Of a DNA stretch of 64,000 bases, positions 59,017 to 64,000 are shown in pieces. This DNA comes from Candidatus Gastranaerophilales bacterium (GTDB taxonomy: Bacteria; Cyanobacteriota; Vampirovibrionia; Gastranaerophilales; Gastranaerophilaceae): assembly GCA_944323285.1 (NCBI GenBank), contig CALURV010000024.1, forward strand, positions 38,893-102,892, read 5' to 3'. The notes under the pieces were generated by a model, which worked only from the letters and a program-made list of their open reading frames with translations, was not told the DNA's origin and ran no database searches. Both the position numbers and the translations under genes were made by a program. How positions within the stretch are numbered: the stretch's first letter is position 1; every line of letters starts with the position of its first letter.

Positions 59017-60108
59017 ATGAATATTTTAAAAAATATTTTTAATAAACTACATTTAAAATCTTGTCTTAAAACAAATATGGAAACAGAAATTTTTGAGCAA
59101 CCTGTTGTAATTGATAGAGTTCTTAAAAAATATGTATCAAAAAAAGGTTCAATTAATATTGAGATACCAGATAATGTTCATAAAATAGCATTAATAGCAA
59201 GCGGATCTTCATATCATAGTGCTACTATTGCAGCTAATTATCTCAGAAATAATGTTCATTGTGAAGCACAATCATATTATGCCAGCGAATTTTCTCTTGT
59301 TGAAAATGTTGATGTTGATTCTGATACATTATATATTTTTATATCACAATCAGGTGAAACTTTTGACACTAATAAATCTCTAGAAAAAGTTAGTAAAAAA
59401 ACAAATAAAACTATTGGTATTACTAATACAAAAGATTCAACTTTATATAAAGGTGTTAAATATAAAATATTAACCTATGCAGGTGAGGAACAATCTATAG
59501 CCTCTACTAAATCAATGAGTGCGCAACTCTTTTGTTTATTTTTAATTGCAGCAAAAATAATGCAACAGAAAGAAATTCCATCTGATAAAATTATTTATGA
59601 ACTTCAAAATGTTAAAAATAGCATAAAAAAGGCGTTTAATTATAGAGAATTAATAAAGGATTATTCTAAAAAACTTTATAATTATGAAAATGCTGCAATA
59701 TTAGCATCAGGCATGTTTTATCCATTAGCAAAAGAAGGAGCTTTAAAAATAAAAGAAACTTCTTATATAAATACTACTGCATATCCAACCGGAGAATTTC
59801 TTCATGGACATATTGCTATTTTAAATAAAAGATGTGCTGTTATTTCAATAATAAATAATTATAATATTGATTTTACTCAAAATGTAATAGAGAAAATTCG
59901 CAATAATTATAAATCAGATTTATTAATAATTTCTGCAATCCCTGTAAAGAATATTGATAATAATATTGTAATTTCTGTTAATACAATGTTTGATATTGAT
60001 TTTATATTTACAACTTTGGTTATAATGCAGCTTTTAGCATACGAAACAGCTTTTTTATTAAATAGAAATGTTGATAAACCATTAGGTCTATCAAAAGTTG
60101 TAAAGTAA
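59017..60108 (+). CDS. double-SIS-domain sugar-phosphate isomerase/deaminase (GlmS C-terminal/AgaS-like)
   Basis: EIFEQP, ASGSSYHSA and ISQSGETFDT in the first SIS domain, then a second SIS domain. No glutaminase domain. True start may be the internal Met at 59077. Confidence 0.7.
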   Translation: MNILKNIFNKLHLKSCLKTNMETEIFEQPVVIDRVLKKYVSKKGSINIEIPDNVHKIALIASGSSYHSATIAANYLRNNVHCEAQSYYASEFSLVENVDVDSDTLYIFISQSGETFDTNKSLEKVSKKTNKTIGITNTKDSTLYKGVKYKILTYAGEEQSIASTKSMSAQLFCLFLIAAKIMQQKEIPSDKIIYELQNVKNSIKKAFNYRELIKDYSKKLYNYENAAILASGMFYPLAKEGALKIKETSYINTTAYPTGEFLHGHIAILNKRCAVISIINNYNIDFTQNVIEKIRNNYKSDLLIISAIPVKNIDNNIVISVNTMFDIDFIFTTLVIMQLLAYETAFLLNRNVDKPLGLSKVVK

Positions 60109-60166
60109 TTTTAACTAATAAATTTTAAGTAACAAAATTTTTTTTTATAAGTTTTAAATTAGTATT

Positions 60167-61672
60167 ATGATTAATCTAGTTCAGAATTTTAATATTAACT
60201 ATATAAATAGTTCAAATTTTGTCAAAAGAATTTTACCACACAAAAAATATGACAATCTAAGTCCTCTTAAATCTGATGTTGTTTCTTTCTCCGGTAGAGC
60301 AAAATTGATTGCAGCAAATATGCAGGATGCGCCATCTGGATACACTTGCAGAGTTACTGAGGAAAATTCTGAGCCTGCCAGGTTTTATTTAAATTCTGTT
60401 TTAGAAAAATATCTAGGTTCATTTGTTTCTAAATCTTCAGATGATAAAGCTTCAGAAAAACCGATTGCCAGATTATATACAAGGACAAAATCAGCATCAA
60501 GTATAAGAGAAAAAGTTGTATCTAAGTATTCAAAATTACAAAGAGAAGAAGTTATAAAATTTTCGGATCAAGTTTTTGAAGAATTATCGCAATATTTTAA
60601 AATAAATCCTGATACTAATAAAGAAACAATAATATCTGAAATAAAAAGAGTTATTGATCCTGAAGATGGAAGAAGAAAACTGCCTCCATATACAAATAGC
60701 GCTTATTATTTAGTTGAAATAATTGATGTTCTAAAAAAATATAATAGGTTTGATTTTGATTCAGTTTCTCCAGAACGGTTTAAAAAAATCTTTACCGAAA
60801 TTGTTGAATCTTTTGAAGATTCAGATTTTGAAAGTAAAACTAGTGTTGACCCGACAGGAGTAAATGGAATTAAGTATTATGCAAAAGACATAGTTGGCGC
60901 TAGAGTTATTTTAAGGGATCCAAATCCTGAGTATACGTCAATGATAATTAACGCTTTGAAGTCTGCTGTTGAAGATAAAAAATTGAAAATTACATCAATA
61001 GAAAATAATATTCCTGATTCTGATAATCTACCAAATGGTAAACAAATTTCAGATTATTTATATGCAACAGATGCTCAACTTCGTTCACTTGCAAAAGCTG
61101 CTGGTGCTGAGCTTATTAAAAATAAGTCCAAAACAGGATATCTTGCTATACACATAAATGTTGATTTATCTGATGATGCATTTAATCGTAATAATGGTGT
61201 TTTTAATGGATATTGCGGTGAAATCCAAATTATTGGTGCTGATGTTGAAAGATTAAAAGACATTGAAGATTTATGTTACAAATTAAAGGATAATAAAAAT
61301 GCAATACATATTGCATATAAGCCTTTTAAAGACCATTTCCTTAGATATTATAATGATTCTACAAAAGACGCTTTTGATGATTATACATATGAATCGTATC
61401 TTTATCAACGAGCAATAAGTAAAAAACAAAAAAGAAATTCTGTATTTCCATCTTTATCAGAGTTAGGTTTTGAAAAGAAATTACCTCCAGAACTTGATTT
61501 TAATTATTTGCGTAGAATAAAGATTGAGTGTGATAAAAAATATAAAGAAATGCAAGAAGAAGAGGAAGCTAAAGTAAATGCTAAAGTTGCAATGTCTCAA
61601 AAATATATTAAAAAAAGAGATGAGATTAGATTAGCTAAAAGTTATGTTACATACATGCTAAATCAATTATAA
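60167..61672 (+). CDS. RelA/SpoT-domain (alarmone-synthetase-fold nucleotidyltransferase) protein, 501 aa, atypical
   Basis: The synthetase motifs occur in order. They are RTKSASSIREKV (R-x-KS), DIVGARVIL (D-x-x-G-x-R), TGYLAIHINV (G-Y-x-x-x-H) and GEIQIIG (E-x-Q), separated by long inserts. Confidence 0.7.
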   Translation: MINLVQNFNINYINSSNFVKRILPHKKYDNLSPLKSDVVSFSGRAKLIAANMQDAPSGYTCRVTEENSEPARFYLNSVLEKYLGSFVSKSSDDKASEKPIARLYTRTKSASSIREKVVSKYSKLQREEVIKFSDQVFEELSQYFKINPDTNKETIISEIKRVIDPEDGRRKLPPYTNSAYYLVEIIDVLKKYNRFDFDSVSPERFKKIFTEIVESFEDSDFESKTSVDPTGVNGIKYYAKDIVGARVILRDPNPEYTSMIINALKSAVEDKKLKITSIENNIPDSDNLPNGKQISDYLYATDAQLRSLAKAAGAELIKNKSKTGYLAIHINVDLSDDAFNRNNGVFNGYCGEIQIIGADVERLKDIEDLCYKLKDNKNAIHIAYKPFKDHFLRYYNDSTKDAFDDYTYESYLYQRAISKKQKRNSVFPSLSELGFEKKLPPELDFNYLRRIKIECDKKYKEMQEEEEAKVNAKVAMSQKYIKKRDEIRLAKSYVTYMLNQL

Positions 61673-62112
61673 TTCTTCATTGTTTTCTGCATAAAATTTG
61701 ATAAGTATGGAATATAAAATATTCTACCAAGTAATATTCCAATAATTATATAAATTAATAATAAAAATAATATAAGCTCAAATGCTGTAAATGAGATTCC
61801 TAAAGAATAAAATCTAATTATTTTAAAAGATATTACATAGTATATAATAGCAGCTATAAAATCAAGTAATGGAATTCGTCCAAGAATTGAAAGAATTATA
61901 TCTAGTCCTAATTTTAAAATTGTCAATAATATAGAAATAACCATCGATTGTACAACATTATACATAAGAAAAAAACGTAGTTTTTTATTCTTTAAATGTG
62001 CAACTATTAGCCATAATAATCCAATAATGCCCATCGATATATATGATAATATAGAAATAATTTTTTCTATTGTAGTAATTTTTATAGTATTATGCTGCAC
62101 TTTTATCATCAT
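61663..62112 (-). CDS. small 4-TM membrane protein (Tic20/DUF4870-like?)
   Basis: 149 aa with four hydrophobic helices. The KKLRFFLMYNVVQS segment resembles the conserved F-x-x-x-x-QS region of Tic20-like proteins. Weak call. Confidence 0.4.
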   Translation of the reverse strand: MMIKVQHNTIKITTIEKIISILSYISMGIIGLLWLIVAHLKNKKLRFFLMYNVVQSMVISILLTILKLGLDIILSILGRIPLLDFIAAIIYYVISFKIIRFYSLGISFTAFELILFLLLIYIIIGILLGRIFYIPYLSNFMQKTMKNYN

Positions 62113-63166
62113 CTTTCTTTTTCATTTTATCATTAATAAATTCTTGAATAATTTCAATATAAATAAGTTTTAATTCATCATTATCAGAATCAATATCAAT
62201 AGCTTGTTTATACATTGAAATAGCTGTTCTCAAATCTTTTAACATTACATATGTATTACCAAGTAAAGTATAAGTATTGGAATTAATTGGATCTATTTCA
62301 AGTACCTTTTTATATAGCAAAATTGTTTTATCATAATTTTTTATTGAAAAATATAAGTTGCCTAATAGAATATATGCATTTATTAAATTAGGATTAATTT
62401 CAATTGCTTTATTATAATACTTAATAGCTAATTTTATATTATTTTGTTCATATAATGAAATAGCATAACAAACATAAGCCTGATAATATTTAGGATTAAT
62501 TTTAATTACTTTTTTAAATAGTTTATTTGCAATATCATATTTTATGGATGCAGAATATGCATTTGCAGAATATAAAATAAATTTTGGATTATTCGGTTGT
62601 AATTTACAAGCAGTATCAAAATAATAACAAGATTCTGCATGCAATCCTTTCTTCATTAATACTAAAGCAATATTAATGTAATTTTCAGGCAAAGTACTAC
62701 ATAAGGATAATGCTTTATTATAGTATCTTAATGCTTCATCGTAGTTTTGATTATCTTGATATAACATTGCAATAGCAGAAAGAGTCAAATAATTATTTTT
62801 GTCTATATTTAAAGCTTTTATGTAATTAGACATAGCTTGCTTAAATTCTCCAAGTTCTGCATATGCATTACCGAGATTATAAAATACTGATATATTGTTT
62901 ATTCCAAGTTCTGCAGCTCTTGAATAATAATTGGCTGCTTTTAAAAAGTCTTTTTTATAATAATATAAATTACCTAAATTTGTTAATGCAATAAAATTTG
63001 TAGGTTCAAAGCTCAATAAGCTTTCAAGTACATTAACTGCAAGCTCATATTCTAAATTTTCTATATAAATATTTGCCAGATGTAAATAATTATCTGAGTT
63101 ATTTGGATTATTTACAACTTTATTTATTAACTCTTTGATTTTTTTTACATCTGATGTTTTACTCAT
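62090..63166 (-). CDS. tetratricopeptide-repeat protein
   Basis: About 9 TPR units. Start placed at ATG 63166 to avoid a 56-nt overlap with the upstream gene. A GTG at 63235 would add a TM-like N-terminus. Confidence 0.8.
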   Translation of the reverse strand: MSKTSDVKKIKELINKVVNNPNNSDNYLHLANIYIENLEYELAVNVLESLLSFEPTNFIALTNLGNLYYYKKDFLKAANYYSRAAELGINNISVFYNLGNAYAELGEFKQAMSNYIKALNIDKNNYLTLSAIAMLYQDNQNYDEALRYYNKALSLCSTLPENYINIALVLMKKGLHAESCYYFDTACKLQPNNPKFILYSANAYSASIKYDIANKLFKKVIKINPKYYQAYVCYAISLYEQNNIKLAIKYYNKAIEINPNLINAYILLGNLYFSIKNYDKTILLYKKVLEIDPINSNTYTLLGNTYVMLKDLRTAISMYKQAIDIDSDNDELKLIYIEIIQEFINDKMKKKDDDKSAA

Positions 63167-63179
63167 AAATACTATTATA

Positions 63180-64000
63180 CTAGATAAAAAATCTAGTAGC
63201 AAATAAAATAAGATTAGAATCAGGTAAATTATCACAATTTCTTCTTACATAATTTAGCATTATTTTCATATTAGAAAAAATTGTATAAGTAATTCCAATT
63301 GTATATTCTTGGATATTATCATTATGTATATTTTTATTATAGTCAAAGATATCATATCTTCCCAATAAAGTAAGTTTAGGAGTTATGTCATATGAAATAA
63401 GTGTATATAATCCATCTACATTATTTTTTGATTCAAATATTGAATTATATCCATCGGAATTTGCATATTCAATATGAGAGTGAAATTTATAATAATCATA
63501 TCCAACTAAAAAAGAAAAAGTATTATAACTTATGTTGTTTTTGCCAAAGTTGTATCCGCCTCCAATTTTAAGATCACCTGTTTTTTTAGATAAATTAGCT
63601 AGAGGTTTTATAAGTAAATACCCTGTAAAATCTGCGCCATTACCAAAATCTTTCATATATCTTGTACTGTCATATATTCCTATATCATAGTCAATATATT
63701 TATAACTTCCAATATTTCTTAATCCAACGGAACGAGAATCACCGAGAATTCTTCCCAACTGTGATTTTAAGACCATTTCTTGTTCCCAAGTACTTCTACT
63801 TCCATCGTAAGAATTAGGAATTCTTCTATATTGTCCAATAATTAATTTTTGATTTGGTGTAATTTGATGAGAAAAATAAAGTTGCGAAATTCTTTGTGTA
63901 AACCAATTTGAGTATCCTTCTAAATTCCTTGTAAGATTAATGTCGAACATGAATTTAGATTTATTTTCATTGAAATGAACTGAAATCATAGGTTCGACAG
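63180..64000 (-). CDS. porin-like outer-membrane beta-barrel protein (5' end probably beyond the window)
   Basis: Alternating amphipathic strands rich in Tyr/Gly/Asn (GGGYNFGKNNISYNTFSFLVGYDYY). The frame stays open upstream of the first Met to the window edge. Confidence 0.45.
   Translation of the reverse strand, partial: VEPMISVHFNENKSKFMFDINLTRNLEGYSNWFTQRISQLYFSHQITPNQKLIIGQYRRIPNSYDGSRSTWEQEMVLKSQLGRILGDSRSVGLRNIGSYKYIDYDIGIYDSTRYMKDFGNGADFTGYLLIKPLANLSKKTGDLKIGGGYNFGKNNISYNTFSFLVGYDYYKFHSHIEYANSDGYNSIFESKNNVDGLYTLISYDITPKLTLLGRYDIFDYNKNIHNDNIQEYTIGITYTIFSNMKIMLNYVRRNCDNLPDSNLILFATRFFI

Noticed and set aside
63167-63235. GTG-initiated 23-aa hydrophobic extension (MIIYLILILFYLLLDFLSSIIVF) on the TPR protein, which would make it membrane-anchored.
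   Set aside because: It would overlap the 3' end of the upstream porin-like gene by 56 nt and has only a weak purine stretch as SD. The T-rich reverse frame of a beta-barrel gene easily yields hydrophobic strings. It is kept as an alternative start only.
63991-64000. GGTTCGA string resembling a tRNA T-loop at the window edge. A similar string occurs inside the SRP RNA.
   Set aside because: No acceptor, D or anticodon arms can be built around it. It lies within the open reading frame of the porin-like gene, and the other instance is part of the SRP RNA.
1-64000. Searched by eye for CRISPR arrays, IS elements or transposases, integrases, reverse transcriptases and prophage genes.
   Set aside because: None was found. 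All long ORFs are accounted for by cellular functions, and no spaced direct-repeat array is present.

Overview
Strongly AT-rich, densely coding bacterial chromosomal window: about 64 protein genes, one SRP RNA, and no rRNA, tRNA, CRISPR array, transposase or integrase visible by eye. Most of it is housekeeping for a diderm (outer-membrane-bearing) organism. This includes the dGTPase-dnaG-rpoD block, ftsEX, split transketolase, pgi, eno, thiL, a truncated spc ribosomal block (rpsE-rpmD-rplO-secY, then adk-map), a truncated dcw block (murC-murB-ddl-ftsQ), pheT, recG, a membrane pyrophosphatase, TolC, MlaD-like and porin-like genes, and a GT39/GT2 envelope glycosylation pair. Gene content (cyanobacterial-type sigma-70, pentapeptide-repeat protein, CHASE2 cyclase, Tic20-like membrane protein, pheT without pheS, orphan OmpR regulator) suggests a low-GC non-photosynthetic cyanobacterial relative (Melainabacteria/Vampirovibrionia-like). 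This cannot be proven from the window alone. The most unusual region is 29.4-35.8 kb. It is a convergent accessory cassette between a BI-1-family gene and rplI, containing two tandem membrane-anchored SGNH-like paralogues. These face three translationally coupled radical-SAM paralogues whose ~95-aa N-terminal four-Cys domain looks like a twitch/SPASM-type auxiliary-cluster domain placed before the core. The cassette also holds an orphan 443-aa membrane protein preceded by a 27-codon micro-ORF with a strong Shine-Dalgarno site. Other items worth a second look are an in-frame WecG/TagA-transketolase-N fusion ORF, a heavily decorated 501-aa RelA/SpoT-domain protein, a Vps4/spastin-like AAA ATPase with an unassignable N-domain, a degenerate HD-GYP protein, a stand-alone HNH_4 protein, and a short N-terminal motif shared by several unrelated proteins. 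All functional calls rest on motif recognition in the supplied translations. No database search was run.
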